The notes below the pieces were generated by a model. It saw only the letters and a program-made list of their open reading frames with translations, was not told where the DNA came from and did no database searches. Below, piece by piece: positions 51,595 to 64,000 of a DNA stretch of 64,000 nucleotides. This DNA comes from Carcharhinus amblyrhynchos. Its lineage: Eukaryota. The stretch's first letter is position 1, and every line of letters begins with the position of its first letter. The position numbers were made by a program, and so were the translations under genes. The stretch lies in assembly GCA_965287045.1 (NCBI GenBank), contig OZ336888.1, forward strand, positions 20,522,001-20,586,000, read 5' to 3'.

Positions 51595-53229
51595 GTGAGA
51601 GAACTAATAAATGATGGGCCAGCACTGCTTGAATGGTGTAACTAAAAACAAAACAGAAACGCTGATTTCAATGTATAATTCACTCAGTTTTAGCTGGATT
51701 ATAAGAAGTTGATGCCTGCATGATAATTTGGCAATTATTGTTTACATGGAGTTCCATGGGGAAAGCTGAATCATGTTAACCTGCCATGTGCAGTTTCACC
51801 TTTGTTAGAGAATCAAGCAGATTTTCATGCACTTGTTCATGCGCTGCTGGTCTATCAAGCTGCCTGATGCACAATGTCAACTTAAATGAGCATTCTGTAA
51901 TAAAGTTGCAAGAATCTTAATGCATCATTGTTTCTAACTACCACTTGACCTCGTTGAACGAAATGACCGAGTTTAAGCTAATGTTTTTGGCTTGCATCAC
52001 ACGACTAATTTGATACTGACATTCAGTAGTTTTGCAGTTGAAAGTAAATCAGTATCTGTTTTTACGCTTACTCTCTCACTTGTTTTTCTTTGAGTTTTCT
52101 TTCTATTGGCGGCTAATGATCATGTGAAGAAAATGTGCAGTGAGACGGTGGCGAAGCTGTTCTGTTGAAAATTTTCTTTTTTGTGGTGCTGCATCTGAAA
52201 GTTCTTTCAATCTGCGTTTTTACTGCAGCAGTAGGCTAATTAGAATGATTTCACTTGGAAATAAATCTGTATTCCAGTAACATTTCAGAGTTAACCTGAG
52301 CAGTGGTTCTAATTAATTGTCTTTCTGCACCGAACAAAGCTGAGGATTGAGGGAACTTGTCTCCCGATACTTTAATGAGACCAAGGAAAGATCCAAGTTG
52401 AAGTAATTGTGCATCTTTGTGTGAAGTTCATTTGGTATACTTGAAAATTTTTGGCTTGTTTTTGTACCACTTAAAAGTGCTATATTTGAAAAGGGATAAC
52501 TTTTAACTGTTGTAATTTGCAACTGCTGAATGCTTGACCCTTTGTCATGATACTTGTATAATTGTTAATTTTTATCCACCACTTCCTTTGATGCCCTTGT
52601 CTGTCGGAAAACATGTATTCTCATCATCTGGATTAGTCCCATTACTGTAGATCCCATGTTTTTCTCACACCCAAAGGACACAGACTTAACAAAATCTGGC
52701 ACATTTTAGCCATTTGTCAGATCTGACTGAAATGCTAGAAGTGCTTATTTTGTACTCATGCATGGAAGGAGAATGTTGCTGGTGAAGCCATTATTTATTG
52801 CCCATTCCTTAATTGCCATTAAGAAGGTGACGGTGAACTGCCACCTTGAACTGCTGCAGTTAACTTGGTGTTACACACCCACAGTTGGGTAGGATTTTGA
52901 TCCAGTGACAATGAAGGAATGATAAAGGTTTCCAAATCAAGATGGTGTGTGACTTGGTGGTGGGCCACTATTGGGCTGCCTCCTTTTCTGCTAAGGCCGC
53001 CCACAGCTGTAGGATTGCCCCAGATAGGAAAGGTAATCCAGGGCATCATCTTTCATGAAATTCCTGACACTGGTCCTGGAAAACATTTCCTCCCAGATTT
53101 GTGTCCACTCTTTCTATAGCATTATCTGAGTCTTCCCAATTTCTGCCATGTTGAAATGTCCTTAAGCTAAATCACATCTGCCATCTCCTGTGATCTTTTC
53201 AAGATCTGCAAACTTATCTGATGCTTCTA

Positions 53230-54120
53230 CAGTGCTTGTGCAAGAGAAGCCATAGATCAATTTGGCTAATATCTATCTGTTGTTGGGAAGTTGCTAGAGT
53301 CTGTAACAACTTCTCTGAATAACTAACTTGACCATTTTTGGCCAACCAAAGAAAGCCAGTATGGATTGTGATACGGTTCGTTATGTTTGATGAGTCTGAT
53401 TGGTTTTTTATTTCAATAGGTGAATGAGATAGTGGACAGGGGAATGTCTATGCATTGTTATTTGTATGGACTTCCAGAAGAAGTGTTAGCTAAAACAGAA
53501 TTGAATGTAAATTATTGACATAGTTATTTATTAACAACATAGAAGATGGAATAGAAAGCCCAAATGCAAATTTGTCAATGATACAAATACCTTAAGCAGT
53601 GTAGGTTGGAACATAAAGTTAGAAAGAGATATTAATACGTTAAGCAAATGGATTAGAGTGTATTTCAATGTGAGGTCATCCACTTCAGATGGGATAGATC
53701 AGAAAATTTTCTAAATGATAAGCTGGAAACACTGGTGATCCAAAGAGATGAGAGGTCTGTATGCATATACCATTAAAACACCATGAACTGGTATGGGAAT
53801 TAACCAAAAATATGATTGGGATACTGATGTTTACGTAAAAGGTGAGAATACAGGGGGATAGAAACCATTCAGCCTTAGGTGGAACATACTTGGAGCACTG
53901 CATTCCATTCTGGCCAGCAGACTGTAAGAAGATTCATTTGGAAAGAAATAGATTTGAGTTTCTCAAAATGAGACACGGCTTTCTAGGGTTAAAGTACAAG
54001 AAAAGGTTCCTGAGAATTTAAAGCTTAAGGGATGATTTTGATCAATGGTTTCAAGCTTTAAGGGGAACAGATAGGGTAGATAGAAGCTGTTTCAGCTGGC
54101 TGGGTATCGAGGACTACGGA
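53230..54120 (+). mobile_element. Heavily decayed CR1 LINE
   Basis: gtatggacttccagaag (MDFQK), ttggagcactgcattccattctgg, aagcttaagggatgattttgatc. Confidence 0.6.
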
Positions 54121-56759
54121 ACAAAACTTTTGTGTCTTTAAAAAAAAACTCTTTTCTGAGGTCACTGATAGATAACTCCACACATTCTACTTCCATTTGT
54201 TGCTTCAGTGGCGCAGTGTTTGTTAAGCTCCAGGTGGCTAAAATTCACTGCTAGATCCTGCCTGAGATACTCCACAACATCGTTTTTGGGTAGTTGTTTT
54301 TCAAGTTGCTGAGCTTGAAGCCTTGATCCACTGTTGCACCAAGATTTTAGAAAGGGTGACTGAAAACATCCCATCACCTGGTGGTTGTGGATCAGAAATG
54401 GATATTACACTGCACCTTACCTGGATTGGGAGATGGGGGCAGTCAAGGGGAAGAGGAGGTTGATGAACGTTTGCAATAATAGGATGATTGTGGAGCGAGA
54501 TTCCACTGTGGACAGCTAGGGGTGGAGCAGAAGCAACTTTTGAATCCACTTGAAAAGTCAGATCAAATAATTGAATAAACTAATATAATCACAACAATTC
54601 ATTAAATTGACCATAAAATCAGGCCATTTAGCCCATATCTTTGGTGCAAGATACGTGATCTGGATTTTCTACAATAACCCCATTGCACTTTTTCTAAATT
54701 TCTATCATTCCACGTAACATCATTCTTTTAAATGATAGCATTGTATAAACAGAACATGAATTACAATTTCTTTCAGCCCCTACATCAGAAATCCCTCGTC
54801 AATGTTTATTCCTCTTGGCAATGATTTGATGTCTCTAAATTTATTGTGTATTGACGTATTGAGAGATTGTCTTCACTTCACACTTAACCTGTGCAGTTTA
54901 TTTTTCTTATTACAATGCACAGACTGGCATTCTAATTACACAAAACGACTTTCAGGAAGATCAAGAGCTGTAATGAATAACAAATCACTGCTGACCACTA
55001 ACTTGTTTTCTGGCTTCCCTCGTAACTGGTAACAGTTGTTAGCTTGGCTTGGGTACTACCCCTTTGCTTTTCAAAACTCACCCCACCCCTATAAAAATAT
55101 CCCCCTCAACCCCACAGTTGTTGCAAATCAGCATCTCATCTCATCTCATCTCCCACCTCCCTTTTCTCCTTCAAATTCTTAAAACTATTGACTGTCGAAT
55201 CCATGCCCAACTTTGTCAGAACTCTTGATTGGATAGATTCAAACAAATGAAAAACCCTAATCTAATCTTAAATGCCAAGCTTTGTGATTTGGAATAATAT
55301 CCTATCTGTAAAGGTGACCATCGAGCTATTTGCTTACATTAAAAATCCAACAAGTTTACCAATGTCTTGGGAAGGAAAACTGATGCCCTCACCTGATCTG
55401 GTCTATTTGTTAAAATCATTTTTTTTGTCAGTGTGTTATGTAAGCAAGCAGTGATGGAGAGTGACAATTTTTGAATTGGAGATTCCAATATTTAAAACAT
55501 TGTTTTGGCTGGTGCATTTCACTCTGCTAAGACACACTGGTGGGACTCAGTTGAAGGTTTTTCATAGGTCATTTAGTAATTCAAGGGTCAGTAGACATCA
55601 GTTAGACAGAGACTTAGTCAGGAGCAAGTGAAGCAGAAGGTGGCTGGTTCCGTTCATGTTAGCTTGAGAAGTTTGAAGCCCAGAGAAGCCCCAGTAGCTG
55701 TCACATTGCCCTGTATATTTGGGGCAGGGAAAACTCCACTGGGGGCTAAGACGATGGTTCAAGGCTACTGGCTCCATGTTGCTGGGCAGTTGGAGCAAAG
55801 GAACATCCTTGAGTACTGGTGTTCTCAATGGTTATAAAGCTGGAACTGTGTTGAATGTAACCTTGTGAATTGTGTGGGATGCAATCTCAGAAGAAGAGAT
55901 TGAACAACTGGGAGGCAAACAGTCATTGAAGCAATCTGAATTGGAGAGCCTTTTAAGGGAAGTAGAGGCCAGATCTTAGAAAGAGAGAAGCTGAAATCCC
56001 TCATGAGGGAAAAACAGAGTTTGAAATTCTTTTTTGTCATGCTGTGGGGTGGGGAGGGGTCACAAAAAATTGTGGGCTCTATTTTAATTGTCTGCCATCT
56101 GATATGCAATTTTGTGCTGTACTCAACTGGAGTTTACCTATTAATTCATGTTTACCTCATGTTAATTCTGGATTAAAAAAAAAAATTATTGAGAGCTGTG
56201 CATTGCTGGCGAGGCCAGCATTTATGATCAGAGACAGGATTGCCTTAGGAATAAACAATCCCACTGAGAACATGTCTGCTTTCAGGAAAGCTATTGACAC
56301 ATACAGTAGTTCTGAGATGGTTAATCATCAGCTGCAGAGTATGGATGTGGTAACTGATGAGGCTTTGCACTCTGCTGAGGCCTTCCAAGTGGAGAAAAGG
56401 AAGAAATATTTACAGGAGGGCAAACAGAATGACCAAGCCCAGGGTACATCGTCATTGCTGTATCCAGTGCATTTTGCCATTGTAATGCTTCAGCTCAAAT
56501 ATGCCAACACTGGCGTCTCTGTCCTTGAGATCTACTATCCCATCTGCAACCTCCCTTTCTTCTCAAGTCCAAGACCATGTGTTGCCTCACAAATCCACAC
56601 TCATTTTTTCACACTTTTATTTCAATCTCATCAAATATTCTATCCCATCATAATACTGAAATGGCTTTGGTGTGTGTTACACATGAGATCTGACATAATG
56701 GCAATGCAGTCAGCTATACCTAAATCCTTCTCAATCTGTCGTGAGCCTTAGACACAGCT

Positions 56760-57590
56760 GACCATATCTACATCTTCCAACACCTCTCCATCCATCATCA
56801 CCCTGACAATGTCCTGACTGAATACTAGTACTCGAGAACTAACCACTGCAAATCAAGTTGTTCAAGATCTGCCACATCTTTGGCAGCTGCCCGACAAAGA
56901 AGGAAGTTGCCCAGGTGTTTAGTCTGCAAAAGAGCAGAACAAACACAGTCTGGCCATTATTGCACCATTATCCTCCTCCCAATCATCAGCAAAGTGATGG
57001 AGGGTGTCATTGAAAGTTCTGTCAAGCAACATTTACTCACCAGTAACCTACTCATTGCTCAGTTGGAATTCCACAATTTCAACTTTGCATTGCCTCAAAC
57101 ATGGATGGAAGGGCTCAATTCTAGAGGTGAAGTGAGGGGTAATACTATTGAGCATCAGAGGAGGTGATTCTGTCTTGCTGGAGCCATCCATTACCTGGTA
57201 CTTGATGAGCATGATGTTATTAGCACTTAACACCCAAGTTTTGATGTTGTTCAGGTCTTGCTGCATGGAGGCAAAGATTTCTTCATTATAAGAAATTGCA
57301 GTGGAACTGAACACTTCGCACTCACATCCCTACTTGTGACCAAATGACGGAGGAAAGATCGTCTGAAAATCGTGAGCCTGAAAGTGTTGCTGTGAGGAAC
57401 TCCTGTAATGATGCTGTGATGTGAGATGATGGACCATAGCTGCAAGAACCACAGCTGTTTTCCTTGGTGATGTGGTATAATTGCAGCCAATGGGGCTTTA
57501 TCCTGATCAGTTTGACTTGTGCTCCTTGGTGCCACACTCAGTCGAATATGACCTTTGTGCGAAGGGCAATCACACTTCCCTCACCTCTGG
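56760..57590. mobile_element. LINE RT fragments in opposite orientations (inverted junction near 57140-57165)
   Basis: + strand: HYCTIILLPIISKVMEGVIE. - strand: GVPHSNT and ASMQQDLNNIKTW. Confidence 0.65.
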
Positions 57591-57619
57591 ACATAAGATT
57601 TTGTGCAATATTATGGCTT

Positions 57620-57878
57620 CATTTATTTATTAGTCACAAGTAAGGCTTATGTTAACACTGCAACAAAGTTACTGTGAAATTCCCCTAGTCGCCACAGTCC
57701 AGTACCTGTTCAGGTCAATGCACCTAATGGGCATGTCTTTGAGAATATGGGGGGAAACCAGAACACCTCGAGGAAACCTGGGGTCAACGTGCAGACTTCG
57801 CACAGACAGTGACCCAAGCTGGGAATCAAACCCGGGTCCCTGGCACTTTGAAGCACCAGTGCTAACCACTATGCTACC
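57620..57878 (-). mobile_element. tRNA-derived SINE (same family as 33826-34116)
   Basis: Reverse complement ggtagcatagtggttagcactggtgcttc...cccgggtttgattccc; aataaataaa tail. Confidence 0.85.
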
Positions 57879-59049
57879 ATATGAAGGCTATATTGAGGTT
57901 TGGGGTCTAGTAATCCTTGGGGAGTGCAAATTGAGCACTAGGGAGCAGGCTGTTGGTAAGTGCTGCATCAGGTGTTGGTGGGAACATAGGAGGAGGCAGA
58001 GATGGATCATTCAGTACTTTTGGCTAGAAACGATTGTAAACACTGAAATGTCCTCTCTTTTTGCACTCGCGTTCTGGCCTCTTGCCTTCCAGCACTCAGA
58101 ATGGAAATATTTATGGAGTCTCCTCTTTGTTAATTTGCTTAATTGTCCATCATTATTCACAATTGGAATAGGCAGTATTGTGGAACATGGTCATGGAATC
58201 ACTTGGCTCTGTTTGTAGAATGCCACATTCATTATTTAACATTGACATAATCTGTGTTTATAGCTTCACAAAGTTGACATCTCATTTTCAGGTATGCCTG
58301 GCACTGCTCTCTGCATACTCTTAGATTTATTATTCCACCAGGCGTGGTCATTGAGGTTGATGGTTTCGAGTTGTTCTCCTTTGTAGCCTTGACACCTCAG
58401 TACATCTGTAATGTCGCCGAGTTCAACAAATCCCCACTCTGCCATCAGAATTCTCTTTCCATGATCTTTGCTTCCCCATCGTTTGGCTCTGAACTCTGCA
58501 ATTCCCTACTTCACATTTAAAATCTAACCGAGGAATTGTGTTTTTGATGACCCCCAGAATACCTTACTTGATTTGACAAAAATTTTACCCAGACATGACC
58601 TCCATGAAGTAAATTAGGATGTTTTTTGACAGGAGAGATACATTATAAATACAACAAGTTGCAAGTGCTGGAGGTAGATAGGCATTGCTATGCTCTTGTA
58701 GGTGCTTCCCTTTACTCATCTGATTCATGGACATGGAATCAGCTTGCACATGTATTCTAATGACACCCAGCCCTCTCCTGCCCTACCACCTGTCTTTCTC
58801 CTGTAACTGTATTGTCAGACTGATTGTCTGACATTCAGTCTTGGCTGAGGCACAATTCCCTCCAGCTAAATATTATTTCTCTGAAACTATTAATTATTTT
58901 AGACAAAGATGAACAGGGTAACATTTATTATTATTTCAGTTTCTATAATTATATTCACAGCGATATAATTCTGGAACACAGGAAACAATACAACACAATC
59001 CCTGGACTAAATATTTTCTTCTGTCTCAAACTAGTTGGCACAGACTTAA

Positions 59050-59305
59050 ATGATTGTTCAGGTGTAAGAAGAAATGCTCTGGTCTTGCTTTGAGGAAGAG
59101 CAAAGGGGCCCTTCCAGCTTGAGCCAATTTGTGTTTTTCAATCAAATACACCAGAACTGATGATTCGTCTCACTGCTGTTTTCTCAAACTTGTTTAAAAA
59201 TTGCTTTCCATGTTTGCCAACGTAACAAAACTTCTAAAATGAATTCATTTGCTGTGAGGCACTTTGGGACCTCCTTAAAAAGTGCCCTTGTTAAAGCAAG
59301 TGTTT
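59050..59305 (+). mobile_element. Deu-domain SINE, decayed
   Basis: ttgaggaagagcaaagggg...ttcatttgctgtgaggcactttgggac; similar to the reverse complement of 1030-1345. Confidence 0.55.
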
Positions 59306-60162
59306 TGATGGGAACTGCCATATCAGCCTCCCAGACTTGGTTCCTTTATTTTTTTATTTGCGAGGCAAGATGCCAAAATTCGATTTCTGACTCTATCTTA
59401 GCTCTCTTTGCTCACTGATTGACCAGTAGGGTTATTGATTAAGCTGACTACTGCCTCACCCCTCATTACAATCCAGTAGTTCTATCTCATGCGAACGTGC
59501 CAATGTTGCAGAGGAAACTTGTAAACATGACAAATTTTACTTTTTTCTTTCTTTTTTAAACCATTTCCTTGGTAAATTTATCTTAGAAATTTATTTGAAA
59601 TAGTTTTTATTGCTTTGGATCCATTTTACATGTAAAATTCTCGGCCAGCTGGAACTTACCTGATTGACTCCCATTGTAAAGTATGTTTATTGTTTGTGGT
59701 TTTACTGTTCATGAGCTTTCATGGGAATGTAACCCCTGTGAATGACAGGACTTTATGGTTTAACTAATGTATTATATAGCACCTTAAATGCTGATTAAAC
59801 ACAAGGTACCCACCATGTAGGTTGGATCAATCTTGACTGATTGAAGTGACAACTTTGGCTATCTTTGTGAAGATTAATATTCTAACAAATTGGTGAGCCA
59901 AAATAATTAAAATTTGCAAAATGTGACACATTATTATGCAGCAATGACATGACCTGTTCAAGGTTTGGGGTAGGGGGAGAGCTTGAAATTTTCCACCATG
60001 TATTTCTTGATGAGTTTGTCGAGTGAAATTTGGACATAAAATTTCCTTAAAGTGTCTTTGAAATTGGTTACCGACTTTTTTGGTCCAACTAATTAACCTC
60101 AATTAATATTTTATGGATATAATATTCAAAACTTAATTTGTTTTATGTTCTTCCTCAATAAA

Positions 60163-60532
60163 GCCTGCGCCGATCATGCTTACCTCTCGAGACCAATCAC
60201 TTATATCCCTGTATTCCCTGTCTGCTTATGTGTCTATCCAGATAGTCTTAAATGGCGCTAATGTGTCTGCCTGAATCACCTCACTTGGCAGTGCATTCCA
60301 GGCCCCCACCACCCTCTGTGTGGAAAAAAAAAACTTCACCCACACATCTCTACTGAACCTTTTCCTCTCTTATCTTGTACTTGAGCCCCCTTGTAACTGT
60401 TATTTCTGCCCTGGAAGCTTTCAACTGTCCACCCTATCCATACCCTTCATAACTTTATAGATGTCTATCAGGTCACCCCTCAGTCTCCGTCTTTCCAGGG
60501 GGAACAATCCCAGTTTATTCAATCTCTCCTCT
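60163..60532 (-). mobile_element. CR1 LINE 3' end
   Basis: gcattccaggcccccaccaccctctgtgtg...ctatcaggtcacccctcagtctccg. Confidence 0.8.
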
Positions 60533-61039
60533 GTTCTATATTTGGGACAAAAAGGTGTTCCTCATCTCCCAACCCTTGTCACTGTGAATGCAGCACTGAA
60601 GATTATCATTTTACCCATCGTACTTGTGCCAGCTCTTCAAAAGTGCTCTTTGTTAGTTCCACTCCTTTGCTCTTTCTCCATTGCACTACAAAGTTATTAT
60701 TTCTGCTTCTATTACCCTTTCTGGTAGTGCCATGTGCCCTCTTGAAGGAAAAGGCCATTATGCTGACCCGTGTTACTATATTTTCCTTGCTTACAAATTA
60801 AGGATCTGCGTGCCTTTTCAACATCCTCATCAATGTCCTGTGCTATCTCAAGGTCTGCACATTCTGCACCAGGCTCTCTTCTTGCACCTCCTTTAAAATG
60901 TACCATTTTGTTCATATTGCCTTTCATAATTTTTCTTATCAAAATGGATTGCTGCGCATTCTTTGGATTTCAACAGTTGATGTGGCTTCCTGAAGTCTGT
61001 TATTATCCTCTTCACTGTTGGCAGCTTTGTCTTTTACTA

Positions 61040-62060
61040 TTTCGTGCAAGCTCCCCCCATCTTTGAGGATAGGGATGTTCATGGAACTGCCTCTGTGTGT
61101 TAGTTTTTTTGTCCATAAATTGCAAAGAAATGTTAATGGACTGATGAACTTTGATCTGATCTGTTGGCTGTGGGATCACTTAGCTGGTCCTATGATTTAG
61201 CTGCGTTGGCTTGACACCTCATTTATAGATGCACATGCTGCTGATCCTGGCATGTGTTTCTACATGAATTCAGCCTGGGTTTGTTCCCTGGCTTGATGCA
61301 AATGATGAAGGATACAATGGCTATGAGATTGTTGGAATGCAATTCTACTGCTGTTTGGCCACAGTACCTCGTGGGTGCTAAGTTTTGAGCTGCTAGATCT
61401 GCTATGAATCTGTCCATTTAGCTGGGAGTCGGGCAATTCCAGCACTATAAATGTTGTCCTCAGCATACGCATCTGCACAAGAATTTTATAGTTGTCACTC
61501 CTAATGTTGTCATGGACAGATGCTCTTCAGCAGGTGAATTGGTGAGGATAAGATCATGCAGATTTTTTTCCTTGTCAGTGATCTCACCACCTGCTGCAGG
61601 CCCAGTCTGGCTGATTTGGTCAGTTCAGTCAGAGTGTTGCTGACGAGCCAATCTTGGCAATGGACATTAACAGCATATTCTGTGCCCTTGCTACCCTCAG
61701 TATTTGTTCTAGGTCTTGTTCAGCATAGCGGAGCAATGATTCATTCGTTGAAGGTTGGTTGGCAGAGAAAATCAGCAGGATCTTTCTTCTCCCACGTTTG
61801 AATTGATACCTTGACTCGGTATGGGGTATGGAGTCAATGTTGTGCACGCCCAGAGCCAGTCTCTCCTGCCTGTATGCCACTATACAGCCACATCTAGTTG
61901 GTCTATCCTGCTGGTTGGACAGGACATCCGTAGTGATAGTGACGGAATAATGTGAGACATTGCCTATCGGTATGATTCTGAATCTGATCAAGCATTTCCT
62001 TGACCAGTCTGTGGACAAAGCTCCCAATTTTTGTGCAAGTTCCCACATGTTTGTTTGGAA
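61040..62060 (-). mobile_element. Decayed LINE endonuclease-region fragment
   Basis: Minus-strand peptides QQDRPTRCGCIVAY and LEQILRVARAQNML resemble an APE-like EN domain. Confidence 0.55.
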
Positions 62061-63409
62061 GATTGTGCAAAGTTATTAGAAGAGCCGAGATCACTGGTGA
62101 TTGATCCATCCATTTCATTTTTTTCAGTGGTAATTGAATCAGAAGTCGTCAAATCTTGTACCCACCAAGAGAAGCAGTTCAAGTCACACTTGAACTACAC
62201 TCTGGAAGGTGAAATGCCAAATTCAAATGCACACCATGAATTCCAATGATTAATTTTAACTCTGCAATGTGTAAATGCTGTTCTTGGCTTATCATTGTGG
62301 GGCCAGGGTAACACTGCCATTTTTTTAATACTGTCAAAATTCCAAATCCTTGGTATGGAAAGAGTTAAGTGGTTTGTAAATTTTCCGATTGAACCTTAAA
62401 CATCTGCGTTCTGAGTTTCCCAGGTGGCGCAAGATAAATAACTAATGTTTGAAACAATAAATCTGTGTGAGTGAAATAATGAGATTAATACGAAACGTTT
62501 CTGGTTGGACCATAATTTATCTTCTTAATTTATTCATGAGAATATAAATCTGCAGTAGCAATTTGTTCACTGTGTGAGCTCTGCGTTTGTTTAAGAATGA
62601 CAGGAACCCAACTAAAATCTTAAATTAAAACAGCAAATGCTAGAAATACACAACAGCTCCATCAGAACGTGAAAAGTCGGGAGGTCAGCACTATTAACCA
62701 CCTGGAAGGATAAGGCAGCAATTGCAGGGGAATGCCGCCTCCTGCAAGTTTCTCTCAAACTCGCACACCATCCTGACTTGGAAATATATTGTCATTCTCT
62801 CATTGTCACTGGGTCAGAATCCTGGAGCTCCCTTGTGAGCAATACTGTGGATGGATCTGTACGCCACACTGCAGTCCAAGAAGGTGCTTCATGGCTTGGG
62901 ATGGGAATAAGTGCTGCACTTGGTGGTGATGCCCACGTTCTATGAACAAATAAAATATTTCCACTGCTTAAACAGGTCGTGTTTCAATTGGGCAATCATT
63001 TAAATTAAGCAAAGAGCACAAATAATTTTCTGCTGCCAAGATTGCCAATTACAAAGTTGCCGTTCATGTGTTTTTGAGCGTTAGCACTTTTTTTGGCAAA
63101 TAAGGTTTCTTGTTAAGATGCGATTATCTTATCTACCTTAATTACCTAGAACTGGTGGTGGGTTACAGCCGCATGACTCAGCACTGAGTAATAAAGTTGT
63201 TCAGGGAATGGTTTGCATCTTCATGTTGTAATGAATTTGCCCACAATCCCCTCCAAGTGAAAAGTGATTTATTGATGATCCAAGCTCGCCTTGAGCAATT
63301 TGCATTTTCAGATATAGTGGAATCTTGTAAAGCTTAATGGTTTGTACAGACAAAAATTTTGAATGTGACTAGAGCTGACCAGTCTGACTAAAATCATCCA
63401 GTACATATA

Positions 63410-64000
63410 GCAGGAAAGCCACAGATCACAATCAGTAAGGTTAGGCAACAGCTCCTCCATGATCATTCTCAACATTGGTGCACCACATGGCTGTGTGGCC
63501 AAATTCCCCTCCGACTCTTTGAAGTTTGCTGATAACACCATCGTAGTGCACCGGATTTCAAAAAATGACAAGACGGAGTACAGGAATGACATTGAGAATT
63601 TGGTGAACACGTGCAATGACAATCTCTCCCTCCAAAACGGAGAAGATAATCGACTTCAGGAAGTGTAGTAGAGGATATGCTCCTATCTACATCAATGGGG
63701 ACAACGTAGAAATGCTCGAGACCCTCGTGTTTTTAGGTGTCCATATCACCAACAACCTGTCCTGGTGCCCCCCCCCCCCCAAACCCCATGCCAACACAAT
63801 ATAATTAAGAAAGTCCACCCATGTCTCTACTTTCTCAGAAGGCTAAGGAAATTTGGCATGTCAGCTACAACTTTCTCCAACTTTGACTGATGTACCATAG
63901 AAAGCATTCTTTCTGGCTGTATCACAGCTTGGTATGGCTCCTGCTCTGTCCAAGTCCACAAGGAACTACAAAAGGTCTTGAATGTAGCCCAATCCATCAC
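63410..64000 (+). mobile_element. Rex1/Babar-like RT fragment (runs off the window)
   Basis: LNIGAPHGC...KFADNTIVV; FLGVHITNNLSW; the last ~100 bp match the reverse complement of ~37650-37760. Confidence 0.85.

Noticed and set aside
56044-56751. 235-aa ORF
   Set aside because: Non-ATG start, no recognisable domain, runs through an A-tract and repeat-derived sequence; consistent with a chance ORF.
57649-58218. 189-aa ORF
   Set aside because: Reads through an antisense SINE and LINE debris.
51595-64000. Next TBC1D22 exon (expected IFERILFIWAIRHPASGYVQG)
   Set aside because: Not found by eye; presumably downstream of the window.

Overview
Repeat-rich vertebrate genomic DNA. The repeat families (HE1-like and Deu/SacSINE1-like SINEs, CR1, L2, Rex1, Penelope-type ends) suggest a cartilaginous fish; this is inferred. 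The window lies inside one + strand gene, a TBC1D22-family Rab GAP, most likely TBC1D22A. Four short coding exons are visible: 36252-36322, 47827-47955, 49256-49318 and 51529-51594. Main observation: the exon carrying the catalytic IxxDxxR arginine finger is present twice in tandem. One copy resembles mammalian TBC1D22A (IAIDIPRMTPESLILQPKVKE) and the other TBC1D22B/yeast Gyp1 (IHIDIPRTNPLIPLFQQASVQK). Both have intact phase-0 splice sites, so they are candidate mutually exclusive active-site exons. Second observation: three short palindromic insertions flanked by target-site duplications carry minimal hammerhead-ribozyme cores, and one forms a perfect 87-bp-arm hairpin. The rest is intron filled with decayed, often nested retroelements. 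Nearly all ORFs in the track are spurious or TE fragments. Repeat boundaries were read by eye and are approximate unless a TSD is given. Family and paralogue assignments rest on recalled sequences, not database searches.
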